From: Candidatus Atribacter fermentans
GTDB lineage: Bacteria; Atribacterota; Atribacteria; Atribacterales; Atribacteraceae
Reading direction: 5' to 3'
DNA length: 36,633 nt
NCBI GenBank assembly: GCA_012517485.1
Contig: JAAYUT010000131.1
Span: 1 to 36,633, forward strand
The notes beneath the pieces are model-generated. The model was not told the DNA's origin. It was given only the letters and a program-made list of their open reading frames with translations, and searched no databases. This document shows, in pieces, positions 1-7,971 of this stretch. Positions within the stretch are counted from its first letter, which is position 1. Each line of letters starts with the position of its first letter. The position numbers and the translations under genes are program-made.

Positions 1-30
1 TCCTCCCCATGCATCAACGGCAATTTTCAT
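1..30 (-). CDS. plsX: Phosphate acyltransferase PlsX, 5' end only (runs off window)
   Basis: Manual translation MKIAVDAWGG, close to the PlsX N-terminal motif IAVDAMGGD; GGAG SD upstream; immediately downstream of rpmF, the usual context. Confidence 0.85.
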   Translation of the reverse strand, partial: MKIAVDAWGG

Positions 31-42
31 GCTTTTCTCCGG

Positions 43-222
43 TTATTCTTTAATTTTTATAACCTGCTTCCCATCATAATATCCACATGCTGGACAAACC
101 CGGTGGGAAAGGCGAAGAGCGTGACAATGGGAACATTCAATGAGGTTTGGAGCCTTTACAACCCAATGGGTTCTTCTTTTATCACGGTTTGATCGTGAAG
201 TTTTATTCGTAAGATTTGCCAT
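43..222 (-). CDS. rpmF: 50S ribosomal protein L32, 59 aa (below the ORF track cut-off)
   Basis: Manual translation MANLTNKTSRSNRDKRRTHWVVKAPNLIECSHCHALRLSHRVCPACGYYDGKQVIKIKE; two CxxC pairs; GGGAGG SD at 231-236. Confidence 0.97.
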   Translation of the reverse strand: MANLTNKTSRSNRDKRRTHWVVKAPNLIECSHCHALRLSHRVCPACGYYDGKQVIKIKE

Positions 223-363
223 GTATTTATCCTCCCTTCAAAGTGCACTTTTCAAGTACAGGTATTCGTTTTATTTGAATAACAATCATCCATAATAAGT
301 AATCTATTCTAACTTGAAAATCCCAGAATAGGTGAAAAAAGGAATTCAATAAAAAATGAAAAG

Positions 364-462
364 GCACACCCCCCTAAATCCCCCCTCAATGGGGGAATAA
401 AATCAACAATTCCCCTCCGTGGAGGGGTACCGCTTCGCGGGGGAGGGTGCTTTTGTTTTTTT
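364..462. repeat. GC-rich multi-hairpin REP-like element
   Basis: Outer imperfect stem 364-374/440-450 encloses hairpins TCCCCC/GGGGGA (379-396), CCCCTCC/GGAGGGG (412-427) and CCGC/GCGG (430-440); followed by a T-rich run. Confidence 0.75.
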
Positions 463-528
463 CCTGGTTAAAATGAAAGTTATAAGTAATTTCATAATAT
501 CTTTTTATCAAAGCTTTATTTTTTTTCT

Positions 529-556
529 GGTTCACGGTTCACTTCTCACGACTCAC
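529..556. repeat. Four tandem heptamers NNNTCAC
   Basis: ggttcac-ggttcac-ttctcac-gactcac. Confidence 0.7.
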
Positions 557-570
557 TGATTTTACAAAAT

Positions 571-604
571 GAGATTGCCACGTCGCTGCGCTCCTCGCAA
601 TGAC
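571..604. repeat. REP-like palindrome of the GTCATTGCGAG...GCAATCTC type
   Basis: GAGATTGCCACGTCGCTGCGCTCCTCGCAATGAC with an ATTGC/GCAAT stem; GC-rich island in AT-rich DNA. Confidence 0.75.
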
Positions 605-621
605 GGAACAGGAAAAAAATC

Positions 622-654
622 AAATCCCCCTAACCCCCTTTTCTAGAGGGGGAG
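622..654. repeat. CCCCTAA-CCCCCT...GGGGGA hairpin, same family as 371-396
   Basis: aaatccccctaacccccttttctagagggggag; stem 634-641/645-652. Confidence 0.7.
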
Positions 655-706
655 TTTTTTCCCTATCTTTTTCGTCCCCTCTCCTCCTCGGCGTCTTGTA
701 CCAACA

Positions 707-762
707 TTTCCTCGCCCCTGGTGGGAGAGGGTCAGGGTGAGGAGGTAAGTATTTTCCTCCTC
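707..762. repeat. REP-like palindrome CCTC(G/T)CCC-CTGGT-GGGAGAGG...GGTGAGG, copy 1
   Basis: 707-730 matches 13372-13395 at 23/24 nt; adjoining perfect 7-bp stem GAGGAGG/CCTCCTC at 739-762. Confidence 0.85.
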
Positions 763-817
763 AACTGGTGCAAGAGATAAAACAGGCTCATTCTCATCTC
801 TGCAAAAACGAAAACTC

Positions 818-847
818 ATTATAATAGAATATCTTCCTCATAATCAA
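818..847 (-). promoter_or_regulatory. Putative sigma70/SigA promoter TTGATT-N18-TATAAT
   Basis: Read on the minus strand; inverted repeat TTCCTC-N8-GAGGAA (834-853) flanks the -35 box. Confidence 0.55.
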
Positions 848-909
848 GAGGAACCAATTATTAGTAAAAAATAATCACCTTAAATACAGGTAAAATTTGA
901 TTGCCACAT

Positions 910-938
910 AGTATAAAATACTTTATTCGTTATTGCAA
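910..938 (-). promoter_or_regulatory. Putative sigma70/SigA promoter TTGCAA-N17-TATACT
   Basis: Near-consensus -35/-10 with 17-nt spacer just downstream of yceD, pointing toward rpmF. Confidence 0.65.
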
Positions 939-965
939 ACCAAAAATAGTGGTTCGCTTCTTCAT

Positions 966-1523
966 TCATTTCTTAAGTTTTTTTTCCAAATCGATCTTCC
1001 CTAATATTGCCAGCCGAGGGTCAATAGTGGATCTTTTACAACCACATTGACCTTGGTTGAGATTTGCTCCACAAATTGGGCATAGACCCTGACATTCTTC
1101 AGAACAAACCGGTTTCATAGGAAAATGTATCAATAATGCTTCGACGACTCCTCTTTGTATATCAATAACGGCATCCTCTTCATGGTAATAATACATATCA
1201 TCAGCGCTTTTAGCTTCTGCTTCAATATCAGACGCTCGGGTAATTCGGTCAAGATTCCGATATTCCAACTTGAGAGGCGCTTCAACCTGGTAGATAAAAG
1301 GTTCGAGACACCGAGAACATGGAAGGATAAAAGCTGTTTTAATTTTTCCCTCCAACCATAACTCTGAACCACAATTGGTTACAGTCAAATCCACCTGAAC
1401 CGGTTGAGCAAAGGGAATTTTTTCACCACCAAATGAAAGCGGTGGAAAAGTTTTACTCAGACTTTCTTGGCTTGTCAATCCTACCTCTTTCTTGACATCG
1501 CCAATATAAACCTTCATATTCAT
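966..1523 (-). CDS. yceD: YceD/DUF177 family protein (large-subunit rRNA accumulation)
   Basis: CSRCLE motif, PMKPVCSEECQGLCPICGANLN and DPRLAIL C-terminus; upstream of rpmF. Confidence 0.93.
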   Translation of the reverse strand: MNMKVYIGDVKKEVGLTSQESLSKTFPPLSFGGEKIPFAQPVQVDLTVTNCGSELWLEGKIKTAFILPCSRCLEPFIYQVEAPLKLEYRNLDRITRASDIEAEAKSADDMYYYHEEDAVIDIQRGVVEALLIHFPMKPVCSEECQGLCPICGANLNQGQCGCKRSTIDPRLAILGKIDLEKKLKK

Positions 1524-2731
1524 CTCTCCAAATCATGAACGATCTGATAAGTATCGAGGGCAATCATTAACTCCTCATTGGTTGGAATCACCATTAATTT
1601 CACTTTGGATTGATCGGAGTTGATGAAAGCCTCTTTTCTCCTTACCTTATTTCTTTCATTATCAAGAGATATTCCTAAAGGTTCAAGACCCTCACAAATT
1701 GTCTTTCTGATATAAGATGAATTTTCTCCAATCCCAGCTGTGAAAACAATTCCATCCAGATTTCCAAGAATCGCATAATAGGCTCCAATATATTTTTTGG
1801 CTCGATAAGCAATGATGTCGAGTGTCAATTGGGCACGATAGTTCGTTGGAGCAGCATCCTCAATATCTCGAGTATCACTTGATATTCCCGATATCCCAAC
1901 AACTCCACTCTTTTTGTTTAATATCTGGTCCATATCCTTGGTCGAAAGATTTTCTTTCTCCATCAAATAGAGAAGGATGTATGGATCCAGATCCCCTGAA
2001 CGAGTCCCCATCACTAAACCTTCCAAAGGAGTAAAACCCATAGAAGTATCAATTGATTTCCCATTTTTAATTGCAGTAAAGCTAACCCCACTTCCCATAT
2101 GACAAGTTATCAAACTCAGTTCGGTAAGGTTTTTACCTAGCATCTTCGCTGCTCTTCCTGCTACATACCGGTGTGAAGTACCATGAAATCCATAGCGACG
2201 GATGCGATATTTTTCATAGTATTCATAGGGGATAGCATAAATAAAAGCATACTCAGGTATAGTTCCGTGAAAAGCAGTATCAAATACTGCTATTTGTGGC
2301 GCTTTTGGTATTAGCGCTTGACAGGCTTCAATTCCAGAAATATTTGGTGGGTTATGGAGAGGCGCTAATTCTGCACAGGCATGAATGGTTTTTAAAACTT
2401 CATTATCAATAAGAATTGAAGCAGTGAACTTTTCCCCCCCATGAACGACCCGATGACCGACTGCGTCAATCTCTGACGGATCCTTGATAACTCCAATTTC
2501 TGAATCAGTCATCACCTCGATGATCCATTCTAAGGCAATACGATGGTTCGGAACCTCTCTTTCTTTGGAATAGGATACTTGATGGTTGGTTTTGTATTCA
2601 AGGCGAGAACCCGGAATACCAATTCTCTCTACTAAGCCTTTAGCAATAACTTGATTATCGGTATTATCATTCATACTGAGTAATTCGTACTTCACCGTCG
2701 AGCTTCCACAATTGACCACCAAAATATTCAA
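1520..2731 (-). CDS. ackA: Acetate kinase
   Basis: NCGSSTVKY, GHRVVHGG, APLHNP, RRYGFHGTSH, TSMGFTPLEGL, FTAGIGENS, PTNEE motifs. Confidence 0.97.
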   Translation of the reverse strand: MNILVVNCGSSTVKYELLSMNDNTDNQVIAKGLVERIGIPGSRLEYKTNHQVSYSKEREVPNHRIALEWIIEVMTDSEIGVIKDPSEIDAVGHRVVHGGEKFTASILIDNEVLKTIHACAELAPLHNPPNISGIEACQALIPKAPQIAVFDTAFHGTIPEYAFIYAIPYEYYEKYRIRRYGFHGTSHRYVAGRAAKMLGKNLTELSLITCHMGSGVSFTAIKNGKSIDTSMGFTPLEGLVMGTRSGDLDPYILLYLMEKENLSTKDMDQILNKKSGVVGISGISSDTRDIEDAAPTNYRAQLTLDIIAYRAKKYIGAYYAILGNLDGIVFTAGIGENSSYIRKTICEGLEPLGISLDNERNKVRRKEAFINSDQSKVKLMVIPTNEELMIALDTYQIVHDLER

Positions 2732-2842
2732 TTTCCATCATCCCTTTTCTCATTATTTTCCTTCAAATTTATTTCAAAGATGAAGATGCATCAATACATT
2801 TCCTTTCCCCTCGTATGATGAAAACTTTTTGGTAAAAATGAT

Positions 2843-3847
2843 TTAAAATTGGGTTTGTAAAACAGTGACGGCAATTTGATCAACAATGTCTTGAGCTTTG
2901 CAACCCCGTGACAAGTCATTGACCGGTTTCGCCAAACCTTGTAATATTGGTCCAATGGCAGTTGCTCGTGCTAAACGCTCGGTTAGTTTATAACAAATAT
3001 TCCCAGCATTGAGATCGGGAAAAATGAGAACATTTGCTTTCCCCGCGACTTTGCTTTCTGGAGCTTTTTTCGCTGCAACTGAGGGGACCAAAGCCGCATC
3101 TCCCTGAAGTTCACCATCAATGAGCAAATCAGGTTTTAAAGTTTGAGCAATTGCTGTCGCTTCGATAACCTTATCGACTAATTCATGCCGAGCACTTCCT
3201 TTTGTGGAAAAGGAAAGCATGGCAACAATCGGTTCTACGCCTAAGAGCTGAGTTGCTGTACGGGCAGTCGTAATAGCAATATGTGCTAATTCTTCAGAGG
3301 AGGGGTTGGGATTAAATCCAGAATCAGCATAAAGAAATACTCCATCTGCCCCATAAGGACAATCAGGAACCACCATCAAGAAGCAACTCGATGCCAATTT
3401 GACTTCAGGTGCTGTTTTAATAATCTGTAGAGCCGGACGGATCACATCAGGACTTGAAAGGGCGGCTCCCGAAACTATCCCGTCAACACGATTATGGTAA
3501 AGCATCATGCAAGCATAATACATGGTGCTATCCAACCACTGTTCGGCCTGCTGTAGGGTCAAACCTTTCCCTTTGCGTAATTCAAAAAGTGATTGGACAT
3601 ATTCTGCTTTTTTTTGGTCTTTTTTATGATCAACAATTTCAATTCCACTAAGAGAAATACCCAAAGATTTTGATTTTTGTTCGATAACGACTGGATCACC
3701 AATCAATTGAATAGTCGCCACGTGTTCGCGAGTTGCAATTTCAGCAGCTTGAAGAACTCGTTCGTCATCATATTCGGGAAGTGCTATGGTTTTTTTTAGA
3801 CTTTTCGCTCGGTTACGGATTCCCTCCAAAACATTCATTCCATTCAT
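2843..3847 (-). CDS. pta: Phosphate acetyltransferase (short type)
   Basis: AMLSFSTKGS, IDGELQGDAA, FPDLNAGNI, QGLAKPVNDLSRG; adjacent to ackA. Confidence 0.96.
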   Translation of the reverse strand: MNGMNVLEGIRNRAKSLKKTIALPEYDDERVLQAAEIATREHVATIQLIGDPVVIEQKSKSLGISLSGIEIVDHKKDQKKAEYVQSLFELRKGKGLTLQQAEQWLDSTMYYACMMLYHNRVDGIVSGAALSSPDVIRPALQIIKTAPEVKLASSCFLMVVPDCPYGADGVFLYADSGFNPNPSSEELAHIAITTARTATQLLGVEPIVAMLSFSTKGSARHELVDKVIEATAIAQTLKPDLLIDGELQGDAALVPSVAAKKAPESKVAGKANVLIFPDLNAGNICYKLTERLARATAIGPILQGLAKPVNDLSRGCKAQDIVDQIAVTVLQTQF

Positions 3848-3981
3848 GTCTCCTTTCTCAGTCCCCTGTGTTGGGTTTTTTATTGAACCACTATCCTCTT
3901 AAAACATACATTTTTTAAAAACTATGAGGTGAACTTTAAGTTTACCATAAAAGATTCATTTCTCTCAGGATTCTCGAATAA

Positions 3982-4467
3982 TCACCTACCCTCAACCTGA
4001 AATTTCTTCCTCAGCTTTCTTTCGACACACTCAGGAACCAACCCCCGAACGCATCCTCCAAACTGGGCAATTTCTTTCACTACCGTTGAGTTTAAGTAAG
4101 AATATTCAGTGCTGGTTGGGAGAAGAAAGGTTTCTATCTCCGGGCATATTTTTCGGTTGGTTATAGCAATTTGAGTTTCATATTCATAATCAGATATTGC
4201 CCTTAAACCACGAAGGATGACACGGCACTTTTTCTGGCGGGCAAACTGGACGAGAAGGCCTTGAAAAATTTCGACCGTTACATTCGTTAAGTCTTTAGTT
4301 GCTTCCACCATCATTTCTTCCCGTTCTTCCACAGTAAACAAAGGCTTTTTGTTGGGATTTTTTAAAAGTCCAACAATCAAACCATCAAATATTTTACTTC
4401 CACGAATGATAATATCAAGGTGTCCATTGGTTACTGGATCAAAACTTCCTGGATAAATCGCTATCAA
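3982..4467 (-). CDS. coaD: Pantetheine-phosphate adenylyltransferase (likely TTG start at 4467)
   Basis: YPGSFDPVTNGHLDII, RGLRAISDYEYE; AAAGGA SD before TTG. Confidence 0.96.
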   Translation of the reverse strand: MIAIYPGSFDPVTNGHLDIIIRGSKIFDGLIVGLLKNPNKKPLFTVEEREEMMVEATKDLTNVTVEIFQGLLVQFARQKKCRVILRGLRAISDYEYETQIAITNRKICPEIETFLLPTSTEYSYLNSTVVKEIAQFGGCVRGLVPECVERKLRKKFQVEGR

Positions 4468-4527
4468 AATATCTCTTCCTTTCTTCACGTATTCCGAATT
4501 CTCGCTCTTGATGGGAGCTCCCTCTCT

Positions 4528-5082
4528 TTATTCAAAGCAACCAAACATCAGCACACTCTCACCATAAATTCGTTGAAGAATCACCTTATAAAAAGGGCAT
4601 TCAAGTATAGCACTTGGTCTTTTTGAAAAACGAATAATAATTAAACTATTTTTTACCAATTCATATAAATTATACATTTTTTCCAATACTTCAACAGGAT
4701 TCATTGGAAAAGGAGGATCAAGAAAGATGAATTTTGCTGGTTCTACTTTCGTAACCCAACGCTTTAGTTCAAAGTAATCAACCAATAGAATTTGGGACTT
4801 CTCCTGAAAACCACATAGTTGAATATTCCTCTGAATGATATCGGCCATTTTGGAGTCCTTTTCAATAAAAAAAACCTTCCTTGCTCCCCGGCTTAACGCT
4901 TCAAGACCGATCACCCCTGAGCCAGCAAAGATATCCCAGATGATTGCATTATCCAATGATTGAGGCATTAAATCAAACAAGGTCTTTCGAAGAAATGATT
5001 GCATTGGACGAGTTTTTTGATTTTGAGGTCCTATTATTTTCCGATTCCTGATCGAACCCCCAGTTATATATAAGTATCCCAT
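4528..5082 (-). CDS. rsmD: 16S rRNA m2G966 methyltransferase
   Basis: ITGG..TRP, DIFAGSGVIGLEALSRGA, FLDPPF, YGES; recG-rsmD-coaD synteny. Confidence 0.92.
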   Translation of the reverse strand: MGYLYITGGSIRNRKIIGPQNQKTRPMQSFLRKTLFDLMPQSLDNAIIWDIFAGSGVIGLEALSRGARKVFFIEKDSKMADIIQRNIQLCGFQEKSQILLVDYFELKRWVTKVEPAKFIFLDPPFPMNPVEVLEKMYNLYELVKNSLIIIRFSKRPSAILECPFYKVILQRIYGESVLMFGCFE

Positions 5083-5228
5083 GACAAACCTACCTGTTCT
5101 GTAAATAGAATGAGATATGATGAATGAACAATAAAAAAAATAATCATGCTCATCCTTATCTCTTTTTTTAATTCTTTTTTCAATCCCTCCGCTGTGACTT
5201 TTCTTCTCCCTTTAAAAATGAATTTCAT

Positions 5229-7577
5229 TTAAGCGTCGATAATGAATTCCTCAGGCAAAAACCGGTTAAATCGCCTTTCAATTTCCCTTTTGAGGAGTTG
5301 GTTTTCCGGCCTCTGTAATTGAGGATCTTCCTGGAGAATCAAATCAGCTTCCTGATGAGCTTTTTCCAGAATTGCCCAATCTCGGAAAGGATCAGCAATA
5401 TAAAATTCCAAAGTTCCAGACTGTCTCACCCCATAAAATTCCCCCGGCCCCCTCATCTTGAGATCTTCTTCAGCAATTTGAAATCCGTCATCGGTATTGA
5501 CCAAAATCTCCATCCTTTTTTGAATGTCTTGATTCTTCCCCTGGTAAAGCAGAACACATAAACCAACTTGATCTCCTCGACCAATTCTCCCCCGCAATTG
5601 ATGAAGTTGAGCCAAACCAAACCGCTCAGCATTTTCAATGATCATTACATTGGCATTAGGCACATCGATCCCCACTTCAATCACTGAGGTTGCCACCAAA
5701 ATTTGGATTTCCCCTCGAGAAAATCGACTCATAATATTATCCTTCTCTTTTGAAGGAAGCTTTCCATGAATCAACTCAACGGAATAGTGGGGAAACCATT
5801 TCTTTTTGAGTTGCTGGTAAACATCATTTACACTACTTAATTCAAGATCATTTTCCTCAATTGCCGGACAAACCACAAAGGCCTGTTGTCCCATCTTTAA
5901 AAAGGAACTGACTCGTTGAAAGGCTTGGTTTTGTTCATTCATGGAAAAAGCGACCGTTTCAATTGGTTTTCTTCCGATTGGTTTTTCATCGAGAATTGAA
6001 ACATCAAGGTCCCCATAAAGAGTTAAAGCTAAAGTTCTTGGTATAGGTGTTGCTGACATCACCAAGAGGTGGGGAACAACCGCTTTCCCCTTAAGTTGGG
6101 ATCGTTGTTTTACCCCAAAACGATGTTGCTCGTCGACAATGACTAAGCCCAATTGACTAAACTGAACATAACCTTCAAGCAAGGCATGGGTTCCAATAAC
6201 AAAATCAATCTGACCTTGTCCGATTTTTTCTACTAATTCATTTTTTCCTTTCTTTTGACCACCAATCACTAAACCAACTTCGATCCCAAATTTTTTTAGT
6301 ATTTGGCTCCATCGCTGATAATGTTGATCGGCGAGGATTTCAGTCGGAGCCATCATAGCAACCTGCTGTCCTGCTTGTATAACATATAAAGCTCCTATGA
6401 TAGCGACCAAGGTTTTCCCAGAACCAACATCTCCTTGCAACAACCGATTCATTACTTTCCCACTGGTCAGGTCTCTTTCTAATTGCTTTATTACCCTTTT
6501 CTGAGCCAAAGTCAATTCAAAAGGAAGTTGTTGAATAAAATGATGAATGAAAGTGAGATTGGGAACAATGGGTTGGACTCGCCAAGTTTGAATTTGATAT
6601 TTTCTCATTTTTAAACTTAGCGCAAAAAGAAGAAACTCTTCAAAAATGAGAGTGATGTGCGAACGGGAACAGCGTTTATTCAATTCGGAAACTGAAGATC
6701 GAACTGGATGGTGAAGTTCCAAAATCGCTTCAGGTTTCCTTTGAAGATGATATTTTTCTCGAATAGCTGGGGGTATAATATCTTGCAAGGCAGATATTGA
6801 TGTTTTCAGGGCAAAATCGATAAGTGAGCGTAGTTTTTTGGGAGTAAGTCCTTCGGTTAAACTGAAAACCGGTAAAATGGATTCAAATTGAAAGTCTTCT
6901 GAGTCGATCAATTCATACTCAAATCGACTGGTTTCTTTCTTTCCATAAGAAGTTTGGAAAAAACCGGTAATGAGCACTTTTTTCCCCAGAGTAAGTATCC
7001 GAGCCAAAAACTCTCGGTTAAAACATACCAAAGAAACCTGCCCCGTTCGGTCTTGGACGATTATTTTCAACAATTTCCCTCTTCGGGTCGATACTCTATC
7101 ATGTCGAACCACAATCCCCAGCACGGTTTGTAATATCGAACCTCCCACCTTGGCAATGGGGATAATTTGGCCTCGATCCTGATAATAACGAGGAAAATAA
7201 AAAAGGAGGTCTTCTAAAGTAAAAATATTCAAGCGATTGAGCTGTTTTTCGACAATTGGCCCTACTCCTTTTATCGTTCGAACTGGAAGTCGAAAATCAA
7301 CCGGTTCAATCGGTGATGGAGATGGTGGTTTAACAGAGTGAGGGTAGGAGTGATTATTAATACATGTTATTATTTTTTCCAGGAAAATGTGTTTGTCTAA
7401 CTTTGTGAGGTGAGGATAATTATCGATAGCAAAGAATAGTTCTTCAGGAATTGGAATGGCAAGTTTTTGGATCATTTTTTTAACATATTGGTGAAAGCCT
7501 CCAAAAACGGTTTGGTCATCCAATCGCTGAGATTCTTGTTCGATGATTTTTTTTAATCGATCTCTTTCATTCTCCAT
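5229..7577 (-). CDS. recG: ATP-dependent DNA helicase RecG with N-terminal extension (likely start 7577; track start 7643)
   Basis: QGDVGSGKT, DEQHRFG, MSATPIPRTL, QLRGRIGRG, RGPGE; wedge OB domain. Confidence 0.97.
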   Translation of the reverse strand: MENERDRLKKIIEQESQRLDDQTVFGGFHQYVKKMIQKLAIPIPEELFFAIDNYPHLTKLDKHIFLEKIITCINNHSYPHSVKPPSPSPIEPVDFRLPVRTIKGVGPIVEKQLNRLNIFTLEDLLFYFPRYYQDRGQIIPIAKVGGSILQTVLGIVVRHDRVSTRRGKLLKIIVQDRTGQVSLVCFNREFLARILTLGKKVLITGFFQTSYGKKETSRFEYELIDSEDFQFESILPVFSLTEGLTPKKLRSLIDFALKTSISALQDIIPPAIREKYHLQRKPEAILELHHPVRSSVSELNKRCSRSHITLIFEEFLLFALSLKMRKYQIQTWRVQPIVPNLTFIHHFIQQLPFELTLAQKRVIKQLERDLTSGKVMNRLLQGDVGSGKTLVAIIGALYVIQAGQQVAMMAPTEILADQHYQRWSQILKKFGIEVGLVIGGQKKGKNELVEKIGQGQIDFVIGTHALLEGYVQFSQLGLVIVDEQHRFGVKQRSQLKGKAVVPHLLVMSATPIPRTLALTLYGDLDVSILDEKPIGRKPIETVAFSMNEQNQAFQRVSSFLKMGQQAFVVCPAIEENDLELSSVNDVYQQLKKKWFPHYSVELIHGKLPSKEKDNIMSRFSRGEIQILVATSVIEVGIDVPNANVMIIENAERFGLAQLHQLRGRIGRGDQVGLCVLLYQGKNQDIQKRMEILVNTDDGFQIAEEDLKMRGPGEFYGVRQSGTLEFYIADPFRDWAILEKAHQEADLILQEDPQLQRPENQLLKREIERRFNRFLPEEFIIDA

Positions 7578-7657
7578 TTTGAAAACACCCGAAGGTATTG
7601 TAACCTGATATGAAAACCAAAACAATGGAAAGATTTTCATCACCGAGGAAGAATGAG

Positions 7658-7687
7658 TTGAATTTACCTTTTCTTTTGTGCTATATT
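7658..7687 (+). promoter_or_regulatory. Putative rpmB promoter TTGAAT-N18-TATATT with extended -10 TG
   Basis: ttgaat...gtgctatatt about 45 nt upstream of rpmB. Confidence 0.55.
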
Positions 7688-7730
7688 ACTCCTCGAAACT
7701 CGAAAAATGACCAGAAAGGGTTGATTCAGA

Positions 7731-7916
7731 ATGGCCACCTGTGAAATTTGTGGGAAAAAACCGGTTATTGGAAACAAAATTAGTCACTCCCATCGGGTAA
7801 CGAGGAAAATGTGGAGACCAAATATTCAGAAAGTCCGAGTTCGGCTGAATGGTCACTCACTCAAAATGAACATATGCACCTCTTGCTTGAAGGCTGGCAA
7901 AATAAAAAAAGCGTAA
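7731..7916 (+). CDS. rpmB: 50S ribosomal protein L28 (Zn-binding form)
   Basis: CEICGK..GNKISHSH...W.PNIQ...CTSCLK. Confidence 0.97.
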   Translation: MATCEICGKKPVIGNKISHSHRVTRKMWRPNIQKVRVRLNGHSLKMNICTSCLKAGKIKKA

Positions 7917-7940
7917 GCAAACTTACGCTTTTTTTATTTT
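7899..7940. terminator. Bidirectional intrinsic terminator between convergent rpmB and rpe
   Basis: Perfect 19-bp inverted repeat AAAATAAAAAAAGCGTAAG-caaa-CTTACGCTTTTTTTATTTT, with U-tracts on both strands. Confidence 0.9.
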
Positions 7941-7971
7941 AAAAAGATCAGAAATTCTATCATTATTACTC

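Noticed and set aside
1-30. PlsX motif reads DAWGG rather than DAMGG
   Set aside because: Only 10 codons are visible and the frame is preserved, so it cannot be interpreted
240-266. 12-bp palindrome AAAGTGCACTTT and a FapR-like AGTACAGGTATT upstream of rpmF-plsX
   Set aside because: Several 12-bp palindromes are expected by chance in 36 kb; the spacing does not fit the FapR operator and no fapR lies between rpmF and plsX
360-762. Possible CRISPR array or tRNA among the hairpins
   Set aside because: No identical regularly spaced repeats, no cas genes, and no T-loop, anticodon or acceptor-stem geometry
1520-3847. pta-ackA placed between coaD and yceD
   Set aside because: A common arrangement in Clostridia-like genomes, not novel
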